Source: an uncultured Gammaproteobacteria bacterium
GTDB taxonomy: Bacteria > Pseudomonadota > Gammaproteobacteria > SURF-13
Direction: 5' to 3'
DNA length: 53,428 bases
Assembly (NCBI GenBank): GCA_963925015.1
Contig: CAWUTX010000021.1
Location: 1 to 53,428 of the forward strand
Below the pieces are notes generated by a model. The model saw only the letters and a program-made list of their open reading frames with translations. It was not told the DNA's origin and did not search any database. This document shows, piece after piece, positions 9,222-18,078 of this stretch (its first letter is position 1; each line of letters begins with the position of its first letter). Made by a program: the position numbers and the translations under genes.

Positions 9222-10462
9222 GCCGCGCCCCGGATGATGTCCACCGGATTGAGCCGCGCCGCCTTGCGCGCGGGCAGCCACGCGGCGAAGGTGGCGGAGA
9301 GAATGGCGAAGCCCCCGGCGATGAGGTAGTGCGTGATGGAGTAATGCAGGATAAAGCCCTCTGCGGTGACAAAGCCTTCGATGTGAAAACGTATCGTGCC
9401 GAGCAGGCGTGTGAGCCCGTAGCCGAGCATCCAGCCGAGCAGCGTACCGACCAGCCCGACCAGCAGGCCTTCGATGAGGAAGATGTGGCGGATGTCGCGC
9501 TCCTCGAAACCTATGGATTTCAGGATGCCGATGTCGCGCGTCTTTTCGTGGATGACGGTGGAGATAATGTTGAAGATGCCGAACGCCGCGACGATGAGAA
9601 TCGCGCCCACCGTGGAGTACATGATGGCGTTCTGGATGACGAAAATGCCGAGGATATTTTCATACGTCTCTTCCCATGATTCGGTGCGGTAGCCGAGACG
9701 CGCCTCGATGCTGCTCGCGATGCTGCGCGCCTGATTGACATCATTCAAGCGGATACGAATCTGATTGATGACGTTGGGACGGTTTTGCAGTATCTGCGCC
9801 TTTTTCAGGAGCGCATAGGATTCAAAATTGTCTATCGGCGTGATACCGGTGCGGAAGATGCCGACCACTTTCATTTTGAGAATCACGCCGGCGGGCGAGA
9901 TCACCGACAGGGTATCGTTCAATACCGCGCCGATCTTTTTGGCTACGCCGTCGCCGAGGATGATGCCGTTCGCTGCACTGTAGAGTGCATTCAAGTGTCC
10001 GGCGATGAGATCATTTTCCAGATTACTCACGCGCCGCTCGTATTCCGGATCGATGCCGACCATGGTGGCGGACACGTCTTTCGATCCATAACGCAGGAAG
10101 ATTTGCCCGCGCAAGGTAGGCGCGGCGGCGAGATCGCTGCGCCGGTTGAGTTCGGCGATCACCGTATCGGCGTCCTTGATGCCGCGCAATTCTTCGCGCG
10201 GCTTCAGTCCGTGCACCATTACAACGCCGTCGCCAAACAAACGCTGCACCGGCTGCAACGGCGCGCTGCGGTATTCGTCCTTGATGGTGACGTGCGGCCA
10301 CACGTCGATGACCTTGGAGATGAAGTAGACGTGAAAACCCTGCATCAACGCCGCCATAGCAACGAAAAAGCCCACCCCCATCGCCACGCCCAGCACCGAA
10401 ACCAGTGTCTGGCGCTTGCGGTTACGCAGGTGTGTTAGCGCGATTTCGAGTGGCAACCACAT
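9218..10462 (-). CDS. ABC transporter permease, FtsX/LolC-LolE-like
   Basis: 414 aa: one N-terminal TM, a large periplasmic domain, and a C-terminal FtsX-type 3-TM bundle (ILKSIGF....I..IFL.EG, YP.RKAARL.PV..IR). Confidence 0.85.
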   Translation of the reverse strand: MWLPLEIALTHLRNRKRQTLVSVLGVAMGVGFFVAMAALMQGFHVYFISKVIDVWPHVTIKDEYRSAPLQPVQRLFGDGVVMVHGLKPREELRGIKDADTVIAELNRRSDLAAAPTLRGQIFLRYGSKDVSATMVGIDPEYERRVSNLENDLIAGHLNALYSAANGIILGDGVAKKIGAVLNDTLSVISPAGVILKMKVVGIFRTGITPIDNFESYALLKKAQILQNRPNVINQIRIRLNDVNQARSIASSIEARLGYRTESWEETYENILGIFVIQNAIMYSTVGAILIVAAFGIFNIISTVIHEKTRDIGILKSIGFEERDIRHIFLIEGLLVGLVGTLLGWMLGYGLTRLLGTIRFHIEGFVTAEGFILHYSITHYLIAGGFAILSATFAAWLPARKAARLNPVDIIRGAA

Positions 10463-10463
10463 G

Positions 10464-11474
10464 TCAGGGCGCGGGCTGCACTTGGGTGCGCACGCTGCGG
10501 CCTTGTTTCAGGTCGGCAGGCGGCGCGACGATGATTTCATCGTTATCGGCTAGCCCTGCGGTGATCTCGATGCGTTGGTTGGTGGTGGCCCCGGTTTTGA
10601 CCACGACGCGTTCTGCCTTCCCCGCGCGTACCACCCAGACCATGTTATGGGTGACCGCGTCGGAGGGTATGAGCAGTGCGTTGCTGGTTTTGCGCACGAT
10701 GATGTTGACCTCCGTCGTCATGCCGGTTTTGAGCGGTGTGTCGTCAGGCAGCGCGACGCGGACGCGGTAGCTCTTGTTCACCGGATCGCCTTTGGGCGTG
10801 ATTTCGGCGACGCGGCCTTCCAGCACCTGGCCGGGAAAGGCGTCGGCCTTGATCAGCGTGCGGCTGCCCGGGCGAATGCGCAGGATGTCTTCCTCGTCCA
10901 CCTCCGCCGTGATCCGCAGGGGCTTGAGTTCGCCCACCCAGAACAATACCTGCATACTGCTGGCGGTTTCGCCCGCTTCGCCGTCCTGGCGCAGCACCAC
11001 GCCGCTCATGGGTGAGCGCAGGCGCAGGTCGCCCTGCACGTGTTTTGCCGCGTCGAGATTGGCGCCTGCCTGACGGTGTTCGCTCACGGCGCGGTCGTAG
11101 GCCTGCTTACCGACATAGCCTTTGGGCAGCAGCGGGGTGAGGCGTTGCACTTCATCGCGCAGCATACGCTCCTGCGTGGCCAACTGATCCACGCGCGCGC
11201 CGACCTCGTCATCGCTGAGGCGTGCGAGCAATTGATTGCGCGTCACCCGGTCGCCCTCGCGCGCCAGTATCTCAACGATACGCGCGGTGGATTTCGGGCT
11301 CACCTTGGCCCAGCGCACCGGCTCCACCTCGCCGGTAGCGTACACGGCTTCGACGGCCGGGCCGCGCACGGGATGGGTGATCGTGATGCTGGCCTGCGAC
11401 TGGAAATAGACAAAAACACCGGCGCCAGCCAGTATCACGAACAGCAGTATGGGGATCTGATAGCGTATGCGCAT
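10464..11474 (-). CDS. periplasmic adaptor (membrane-fusion protein, HlyD/MacA family)
   Basis: N-terminal TM anchor, a coiled-coil segment, and beta-barrel motifs (L.SPMSGVV, V...P.....G..V.V). It is the first gene of a three-gene operon with the permease and ATPase. Confidence 0.85.
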   Translation of the reverse strand: MRIRYQIPILLFVILAGAGVFVYFQSQASITITHPVRGPAVEAVYATGEVEPVRWAKVSPKSTARIVEILAREGDRVTRNQLLARLSDDEVGARVDQLATQERMLRDEVQRLTPLLPKGYVGKQAYDRAVSEHRQAGANLDAAKHVQGDLRLRSPMSGVVLRQDGEAGETASSMQVLFWVGELKPLRITAEVDEEDILRIRPGSRTLIKADAFPGQVLEGRVAEITPKGDPVNKSYRVRVALPDDTPLKTGMTTEVNIIVRKTSNALLIPSDAVTHNMVWVVRAGKAERVVVKTGATTNQRIEITAGLADNDEIIVAPPADLKQGRSVRTQVQPAP

Positions 11475-11641
11475 TTCATCGTCACTTTAAATGAACTGTG
11501 GCAGGAAAACGAGCAGACGCGCCGACAAGCAGCTTGGCGCCTAGTCTCGATGATTTATCCTGGTACGGCAAGGTCAGGCCGGTGCGAGGCACCAGACGGC
11601 GTGCACATGTACACTCCCAATAGTTCCCTTGCCGGTGAAGA

Positions 11642-11650
11642 TGGTATAAT
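11642..11650 (+). promoter_or_regulatory. possible extended -10 promoter element (TGGTATAAT) upstream of rng
   Basis: TGnTATAAT match about 125 nt upstream of the rng ATG. There is no good -35. Confidence 0.3.
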
Positions 11651-11773
11651 TCCATTATCCTAATTAATGGAGGCTACCCTAGCATAGCGCGCTTCACGCC
11701 CGGAAACGTGTTAAGTTAAGCAAGGTACGTTCCAGACAGGACTGCTTATCCATCCTTCGTCACTCGCTTTCCC

Positions 11774-13243
11774 ATGAGCCGCGAAATCCTGATCAATGTG
11801 ACACCGCGCGAGACGCGCGTCGCCGTGGTTGAAAACGGCGTGCTGCAGGACATCTTTATCGAGCGCGCGCACAAGCGTGGCCTGGTCGGTAACATCTACC
11901 ATGGCCGCGTGAGCCGCGTGCTGCCCGGCATGCAGGCCGCGTTTGTGGACATCGGCCTGGAGCGCACCGCATTCCTGCACGCCTCCGACATCCTCAGCGT
12001 CGGCAACGGCGACGAGCCGGACGAGAAAAAAGTGGTTGAGCCTATTACCACGCTGCTGCGCGACGGCCAGGAGCTGCTGGTGCAGGTCGTTAAAGACCCG
12101 CTCGGCAGCAAGGGCGCGCGCCTCACCACGCAGATTTCCGTCGCTTCGCGTTACCTCGTGTTTATGCCCAACACGACGCACATCGGCGTATCGCAGCGCA
12201 TCGAAGACCCCGCCGAGCGGCAACGCCTGAAGGACATCATTAAGCAACTCAGCCCGCCTGCGACGAGCGGCGGTTACATTATCCGCACCCTGACCGAAGG
12301 CGTAAGCGCGGACGATCTGCGCGCGGACATGGAATTTCTGCACAAGTTGTGGACCTCGATCGAAGAGCGCGCGCGCAGCGAACAGGCGCCGGCGGTGATC
12401 CATGAGGATCTGCCGCTGGTGATGCGCACCATGCGCGATCTGGTGGAGGTGGAAGTGGAGAAGGTGCGCATCGATTCACGCGAAACCTGTCAGCGCGTGC
12501 TCCAGTTCGCGCAAAAATTCATTCCGCAGATTGTGGAGCGCATCGAGCACTATCCCGGCGAGCGTCCGATCTTCGATCTCTACAGCGTGGAAGATGAAAT
12601 CCAGAAGGCGTTGGAGCGCAAGGTGCAACTGAAGTCGGGCGGCTATCTAATGTTTGATCAAACCGAGGCGCTGACCACGGTCGATGTCAACACCGGCGCC
12701 TTTGTTGGTCACCGCAATCTGGAAGAGACCATCTTCAAGACCAATCTGGAGGCGGCGCAGACGATTGCACGCCAACTGCGCCTGCGTAATCTGGGCGGCA
12801 TCATCATCATCGATTTTATCGACATGACCGACCTTGACCACCGGCGCCAGGTGCTGCGCGCGCTCGGCAAGGCGCTGGAGCGCGATCACGTCAAGACCCA
12901 TATCTCCGAGGTGTCCGCGCTCGGACTGGTGGAGATGACGCGCAAGCGCACGCGCGAGAGCCTGGAGCACGTGCTGTGCGAGCCGTGTCCGTCTTGTCAG
13001 GGACGCGGCTCGCTCAAGACCGCCGAGACCGTGTGCTACGAAATCTTCCGCGAGATTCTGCGTGAGGCGCGCCAGTTCGAGGCGCAGCGTTTTCTGGTCA
13101 TGGCCTCGCAGGAAGTGGTGGGTCTGCTGCTGGATGAAGAGACCACCGGCCTCGCGGAGCTGGAGGAGTTTATCGGCAAGCCGATACGTCTGCAGGTGGA
13201 GACGCAGTACACTCAGGAGCAATATGACGTGGTGCTGACCTAG
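11774..13243 (+). CDS. rng: ribonuclease G
   Basis: 489 aa. S1-domain N-terminus (GNIY.GRV.RVLPGMQAAFVDIG..R.AFLH), catalytic core (GGIIIIDFIDM), Zn-link CP.C.G.G. It is followed by yhdP, as in E. coli. Confidence 0.94.
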   Translation: MSREILINVTPRETRVAVVENGVLQDIFIERAHKRGLVGNIYHGRVSRVLPGMQAAFVDIGLERTAFLHASDILSVGNGDEPDEKKVVEPITTLLRDGQELLVQVVKDPLGSKGARLTTQISVASRYLVFMPNTTHIGVSQRIEDPAERQRLKDIIKQLSPPATSGGYIIRTLTEGVSADDLRADMEFLHKLWTSIEERARSEQAPAVIHEDLPLVMRTMRDLVEVEVEKVRIDSRETCQRVLQFAQKFIPQIVERIEHYPGERPIFDLYSVEDEIQKALERKVQLKSGGYLMFDQTEALTTVDVNTGAFVGHRNLEETIFKTNLEAAQTIARQLRLRNLGGIIIIDFIDMTDLDHRRQVLRALGKALERDHVKTHISEVSALGLVEMTRKRTRESLEHVLCEPCPSCQGRGSLKTAETVCYEIFREILREARQFEAQRFLVMASQEVVGLLLDEETTGLAELEEFIGKPIRLQVETQYTQEQYDVVLT

Positions 13244-13250
13244 ACCCGTA

Positions 13251-16200
13251 ATGCGCTCAACCCGATACAGATTACATGCCCTGCTGCACCGGTTGATGGC
13301 GGCGAGCCATATCACGCTGCGCCATACATGGAAGATGGCCATCATCACCTCCGTCATCCTCGTCATCACGGCGGGGGCGCTGCTCGGCGTGGCGCGCCTG
13401 CTGTCTCCCATGGCGAGCCAGTTCCGCGGCGACATCGAGGTGTGGGCGAGCGCCGCCGCCGGTCAGCCGGTGAAGATCGGCGCTCTCAACGCCGATTGGT
13501 CCGGCTTGTTACCGCAGATCAGATTGACTGACGTGCGCGTGTATGACCCGCAGGGTGAGCGGGTTTTGCTGCGCTTCAGCGACATGCGCATGCGCGTTGA
13601 CCCGGTAGTGTATCTGCGCGACGGGCGCGTGGAGCCCAGCCATCTCTCGCTGGAAGGTGTGAGCCTGTCGCTGATCCGCACGCCGCAAGGCCATGTGGTG
13701 CTGGAAGGATTCGAGGACCGCACCCTGTCGGACGGTGCGTTCCTGCCATGGCTGCTGCGGCAGGGGCGGCTCGATATCCGGCAGAGCCAGATAGCCTGGA
13801 CCGACCGGGAGGCGGGCCGGGCGCGCCAGAGTTTCAGTGACGTGAATCTGCTGCTGCGTACGGACGGCAAACGTCATCAGTTGAACGGCACGCTGGCGCT
13901 GCCCGGCGCAATGCCTGCACGCGTCACGCTCGCGCTCGACTTCGGCGGCGATCTCAACGCCCCCGCCACCTGGGGTGGCAAGGTTTACCTGCAGGCCGAC
14001 GCGCTCGATCTGGCGGCGGTGCAGCGTGAGTTGCACTGGCCGGGTCGCGCGGCATTGCAGGGCGCGGCCGATTTCAAACTCTGGGGCCTCTGGAGCGGCA
14101 CGCGGCTGCAACGGCTGGAGGGCGAGGCCGCAGCGCGCGGCGTGCGGCTTGCGGCGTCAGGCCAGCCGCTGCTGCTGATCCGCCAGACAAGCGCGCAACT
14201 CCAGTGGCAGCGTGAGGACTCCGGCTGGCGCCTCTCCGCCGAGCGCTTTGTGCTGCAACGCGCAACGGCCTCGGTGCCGTCACGCTTTGTCGTCGTCTCC
14301 CATATAGAAAAAGATGTCCGCGTGCTGGACGCGCGCTTCAGTGAATGGCGCATGGAAGATGTCAGCGCACTGCTGCTGGTCGGCGCTGCGCTGGCGCCGG
14401 CCCTTACTGAACCGTTGCGCGGGCTGGAACCGCGCGGCGTGTTGCGTGACGTGCGCGTGCGCTTCACGCCTGGGCCTGCCACGGCGTCGGTCGCGGACAC
14501 CTTCAAGAATTTCTATCTGCGCGCCCGGGTGGATGGCTTGCACACACACGCCTACCGCTCCCTGCCGGCGCTCGATAACGTCAGCGGGGTGTTGCAGTGC
14601 GATGAGCGTTCCGGCGCCTTCGAGTTGAACACACGCAGCGCGCAACTCGCGGGACTGTTGCGCAAACCGCTCGCCATCGCTCAGGCCACGGGCCGGGTGG
14701 GCTGGCAGCGCGGCGAGCACGCGTGGCGCGTAGGGCTGGAGGCGCTCGATCTCAGGAATGACGACATCAGCGCACAGGTGGCCGGCACCATCGACTGGCC
14801 GCTCGACGGCGGTTCGCCGCTGGTCGATCTGCAATCGCGTTTTGAGATACCACGCATCGGCCGCGTGCCGGATTATCTGCCGGAGTCACTGTCGGAAAAG
14901 GCCCGCGCATGGATCACGCGCGCGCTCGTTACCGGGCGCGTCACCTCCGGCACGGCACTGGTGCGCGGACGGCTGAGTGATTTTCCGTTTGATGCCGGCA
15001 GCGGATTGTTCGAGGCGCGCCTGAATGTAAGCGACACCGTGCTGGATTACGAAGCGGGCTGGCCGTGGCTGGGCGAGATTGAAGGCGAAGTGGTGTTTCG
15101 CGGACGCGGCATGGAGATCAATGCCGTCGCGGGCAAGATTTTCGACTCCAGCGCGCAGAAGATCAGTGCCGTGATTCCCGACCTGTTGCTGGATGAGCCG
15201 CAGCTCACGATGCGAGGCGAGGTGCGCGGCGCGACCACCGATGTGCTGCGCCTGTTGCGCGAGAGCCCGCTGAAAGACACGTGGGCGAACTCCGTAGCGG
15301 GACTGAGCGCGGGCGGACAAGTCACGCTCAATCTGGATTTGCTGATTCCGCTCTCGGAACAGCCCAACCAGATCAAGGGCACGTTGCAGTTCAGGGACAG
15401 CGCGCTGCATTACGTGGACAAGGCGCAGGAGCGCGACATCGAGCTTACGCGCATCAACGGCGCACTCAATTTTACCGGCGACATGCACCTCACCGGCAAC
15501 GACATCGACGCCGTCCTGCTCGATCATAAGGTCAAGCTGGCGCTGAAGAACGAGACCCCGGAGGCGCCTGCGGGCCAGACCAGGCAGGCGCTGGTGATCG
15601 AGGCGCGCGGCAATACCGACCCCGCCGACCTGGCGCGCCAGTTGAAGCGCATTGCGCCTGATCTTCCGGCGGGCGCGCTTGATACCCTGCGCGGCAGCAC
15701 CGACTGGCTCGCCGTGCTGCGACTGCGTGCGGGTGCGGGCAGCGCGATTGAGGCCGACTGGCGGCTGGAATCGTCGTTGCAGGGCATGGCATTGCAGTGG
15801 CCGGAGCCCGTGGGCAAGACAGCGCCGGAGGCGGTGCGATTGGCTCTGGAGTCGGTGCCGGGCAGCGGACAAAACCGGCGCTTTCTGCTGCGCTACGGCA
15901 GCCGTCTGAACGGCGTGTTTGAACTCGCGCGCGCCAAAAATAGCTGGACACTGGCGCGCGGTGAGCTGCGCTTTGGCGTCACCGTTGCAACCTTGCCGCC
16001 GCAGGGCCTGCGCATCAGCGGCGAACTCGAGCATCTCCCGGTCACGGAGTGGCAGACGTTTCTCGCCCATGGCATCAGCGGCGGCGGCGGGTTGGCCGCC
16101 AGGCTTAATGCGGTTGATGTGCGCATCGGCGCGCTGGATGTATTCGGACAACGCTTCAGCAATACTCAAATCCGCGCCACCCAGACGCCGCAGGCGTGGG

Positions 16201-17180
16201 AAGCGAACGTCAGCGGCGCCGAGCTGGCGGGCAGCCTGCGACTGCCGCGCGAGAAAGAGTCGGCGCTGGTGCTGAATCTAGAGCGTATGTATCTCAATAA
16301 GATCGATGGCGGCGCGTCCATAAGTTCAAAGGGTACTGATCCGCGCCACTGGCCGCCGCTGCGCATTGATGTTGCGAACTTCAAGTACGCTGACGCCGAC
16401 CTCGGGCGCCTGCACCTCGATGCCGCAAAACGCAGCAGCGGCCTGCGCATTGACAGCCTGAGCCTCGCGTCGCCGAGCCTCCATGTCACCGGGCAGGGTG
16501 ACTGGGTAGTGGAGCAGGACAAGCCTGCGTCGCGTTTTACGGCCAAGGCCAGCGGCGATGATATGGGCAAGATGCTTGCGGCCTTCGGGTTTGCGGCCTC
16601 GGTGTCCGGCGGCAAGAGCCAGTTTGATCTCACTGCAGCCTGGGAAGGCTCGCCCGCTGATTTTGCGCTGGAACGGCTGAATGGAAACCTGTCGCTCAAG
16701 GTGACGAAGGGACGCCTGCTGGAGATCGACCCCGGCGCCGGGCGCGTGTTCGGCCTGCTGAGCTTGCAGGCGCTGCCGCGCCGACTCACGCTCGACTTCA
16801 GTGACATCTTCGCCAAGGGCTTCAGCTTCGACCGCCTCGAAGGTTACTTTGTATTCGAGAACGGCAACGCCTACACCAACAATCTCACTATGGAAGGGCC
16901 CTCGGCCAACATCACCGTGACCGGGCGCACCGGGCTTGCGGCCAAGGATTACGACCAGGTAGTAACAGTGAAGCCCGAAATCAGCGACGGACTGTCGCTG
17001 GGTGCGGGGCTCGTGGGCGGGCCGGTGGTGGGCCTGGGGCTGTTTCTCGCCGATAAATTATTACCCGGGCTCAAGGATATCGCGACCTACCAGTACACGA
17101 TCAAAGGGCCCTGGAAAGAACCCATGATCGCGCCTCTGGAACAGCAGGAGAAGGCGGCGCAGAAAAAGAGCGCGGGGTGA
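13251..17180 (+). CDS. yhdP: YhdP-family (AsmA-like, TIGR02099-type) envelope protein
   Basis: 1309 aa with an N-terminal TM anchor and a huge beta-rich periplasmic body. The C-terminal conserved block is G.GRVFGLLSLQALPRRLTLDFSD.F.KGF.FD...G. The position immediately after rng is conserved. Confidence 0.85.
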   Translation: MRSTRYRLHALLHRLMAASHITLRHTWKMAIITSVILVITAGALLGVARLLSPMASQFRGDIEVWASAAAGQPVKIGALNADWSGLLPQIRLTDVRVYDPQGERVLLRFSDMRMRVDPVVYLRDGRVEPSHLSLEGVSLSLIRTPQGHVVLEGFEDRTLSDGAFLPWLLRQGRLDIRQSQIAWTDREAGRARQSFSDVNLLLRTDGKRHQLNGTLALPGAMPARVTLALDFGGDLNAPATWGGKVYLQADALDLAAVQRELHWPGRAALQGAADFKLWGLWSGTRLQRLEGEAAARGVRLAASGQPLLLIRQTSAQLQWQREDSGWRLSAERFVLQRATASVPSRFVVVSHIEKDVRVLDARFSEWRMEDVSALLLVGAALAPALTEPLRGLEPRGVLRDVRVRFTPGPATASVADTFKNFYLRARVDGLHTHAYRSLPALDNVSGVLQCDERSGAFELNTRSAQLAGLLRKPLAIAQATGRVGWQRGEHAWRVGLEALDLRNDDISAQVAGTIDWPLDGGSPLVDLQSRFEIPRIGRVPDYLPESLSEKARAWITRALVTGRVTSGTALVRGRLSDFPFDAGSGLFEARLNVSDTVLDYEAGWPWLGEIEGEVVFRGRGMEINAVAGKIFDSSAQKISAVIPDLLLDEPQLTMRGEVRGATTDVLRLLRESPLKDTWANSVAGLSAGGQVTLNLDLLIPLSEQPNQIKGTLQFRDSALHYVDKAQERDIELTRINGALNFTGDMHLTGNDIDAVLLDHKVKLALKNETPEAPAGQTRQALVIEARGNTDPADLARQLKRIAPDLPAGALDTLRGSTDWLAVLRLRAGAGSAIEADWRLESSLQGMALQWPEPVGKTAPEAVRLALESVPGSGQNRRFLLRYGSRLNGVFELARAKNSWTLARGELRFGVTVATLPPQGLRISGELEHLPVTEWQTFLAHGISGGGGLAARLNAVDVRIGALDVFGQRFSNTQIRATQTPQAWEANVSGAELAGSLRLPREKESALVLNLERMYLNKIDGGASISSKGTDPRHWPPLRIDVANFKYADADLGRLHLDAAKRSSGLRIDSLSLASPSLHVTGQGDWVVEQDKPASRFTAKASGDDMGKMLAAFGFAASVSGGKSQFDLTAAWEGSPADFALERLNGNLSLKVTKGRLLEIDPGAGRVFGLLSLQALPRRLTLDFSDIFAKGFSFDRLEGYFVFENGNAYTNNLTMEGPSANITVTGRTGLAAKDYDQVVTVKPEISDGLSLGAGLVGGPVVGLGLFLADKLLPGLKDIATYQYTIKGPWKEPMIAPLEQQEKAAQKKSAG

Positions 17181-17284
17181 GTACGCCAAATCTGCTAGAA
17201 TTTTTCCAGCTGTTGTATGCCGGGACGTTTGCACTGCGTTAATCCCGAATGATCAATCTTAATCATGAAAAAGGAGCCTTGAGC

Positions 17285-17806
17285 ATGAAGCAACTGGTTC
17301 TGATAAGCGGCATCCTGACCTTGGTGCTGGTCGCCTGCGGCAAAGAGGAAGCCACCACCGTCACCCCGATGAAGCAAGAGGCGGCGCCTGCAACCCCGGC
17401 ACCCGCTGTTTCCGCCCCGATGACAGCGCCCGCGACCCGGGCAGCCGTGCCTGCACCGGCTGCGACTCCCGCTCCTGCCGCACCGGCTCCTGCGGCCAAG
17501 GAAGCGACACCGGCCGCACCCGCAGCGGCAGGTGCAGGCGACGCCATGGAAGCCGGCAAGGCGCTTGCCAAACAGAGCGGCTGTTTTGCCTGTCACAATG
17601 TCGAGCAAAAACGCATCGGCCCGGCTTGGAATGAAGTCAGCAAGAAGTACAAGGGCGACACAGGTGCGCATGACAACTTGGTGAAATGGGTGCACACCGG
17701 TGGCACCGGTCGTTGGCAAATGGGTACCATGCCAGCCTATTCACCGCGCGTGCCAGACGCCGACATCGAGAAACTGGTGGACTTCATTCTCTCGCTGTCC
17801 AAGTAA
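17285..17806 (+). CDS. lipoprotein-anchored class I cytochrome c (c551/c8-like domain on an Ala/Pro-rich tether)
   Basis: AGGAG RBS before ATG 17285. Lipobox LVAC|G, an Ala/Pro-rich linker of about 70 aa, then a c551-like domain (CFACH heme site, IGPAW..V..KY, distal MPAY). This start is preferred over the track start at 17249. Confidence 0.85.
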   Translation: MKQLVLISGILTLVLVACGKEEATTVTPMKQEAAPATPAPAVSAPMTAPATRAAVPAPAATPAPAAPAPAAKEATPAAPAAAGAGDAMEAGKALAKQSGCFACHNVEQKRIGPAWNEVSKKYKGDTGAHDNLVKWVHTGGTGRWQMGTMPAYSPRVPDADIEKLVDFILSLSK

Positions 17807-17855
17807 CACGCACGCGGCCTATCACTGGCCGCGCACTAAAGCGCAAAAGATATTG

Positions 17856-17879
17856 CCTCCCCTTGCAACAAGGGGGAGG
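17856..17879 (+). terminator. candidate intrinsic terminator after the cytochrome c gene
   Basis: CCTCCCCTT-GCAAC-AAGGGGGAGG hairpin followed by GTGTTGTTGT. Confidence 0.45.
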
Positions 17880-17907
17880 GTGTTGTTGTCCAAAGCAGGT
17901 GGGTAAT

Positions 17908-18054
17908 TTACATAGCGCCTTAAATCTACTGCGCGTCTTTGATGCGGGTGCGTGCGGTGCTCCGAATCCTCATGTACTGAAATGTACACTCCGGTTCCTG
18001 CGCTCCGCACCCCCCGCCTGAAAGCCGCTCGCTACGATTTATGACGCTATGTTA
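17908..18054 (-). mobile_element. MITE, family with TIR TTACATAGCGCC, copy 2 (inverted, lacks the 55-bp module)
   Basis: TTACATAGCGCC (17908-17919) and TGACGCTATGTTA (18042-18054). The reverse complement aligns with 5843-6053 over both arms (e.g. GGAGCGCAGGAACCGGAGTGTACAT, GAGCACCGCACGCACCCGCATCAAAGACGCGCAGTAGATTTA). Confidence 0.8.
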
Positions 18055-18078
18055 ATCTCAAAGCCGATCTTTAGGCGG

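Noticed and set aside
11555-11600. GGCAAGGTCAGGCCGGTGCGAGGCACCAGA, upstream of rng, superficially resembles the SRP (4.5S) RNA GGUCAGGUCCGGAAGG core.
   Set aside because: The conserved GGAAGCAGCC half of the domain IV motif and the closing helix are absent.
14886-16169. 427-aa ORF antisense to yhdP. Similar long antisense ORFs occur elsewhere (11711-12403, 12647-13435, 19499-20656, 21381-22163, 28631-29500, 36172-36939, 6101-6952, 50244-50903, 50969-51781, 52398-53315).
   Set aside because: They are typical shadow ORFs of high-GC DNA. They are Arg/Ala/Gly/His/Gln-rich and low-complexity with no recognisable motifs. Each lies fully opposite a gene with a strong family signature.
17195-17719. 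174-aa minus-strand ORF and other frames across the cytochrome linker region.
   Set aside because: They are artefacts of the GC-rich Ala/Pro-coding repeats. The plus-strand cytochrome c reading has a lipobox and a heme motif.
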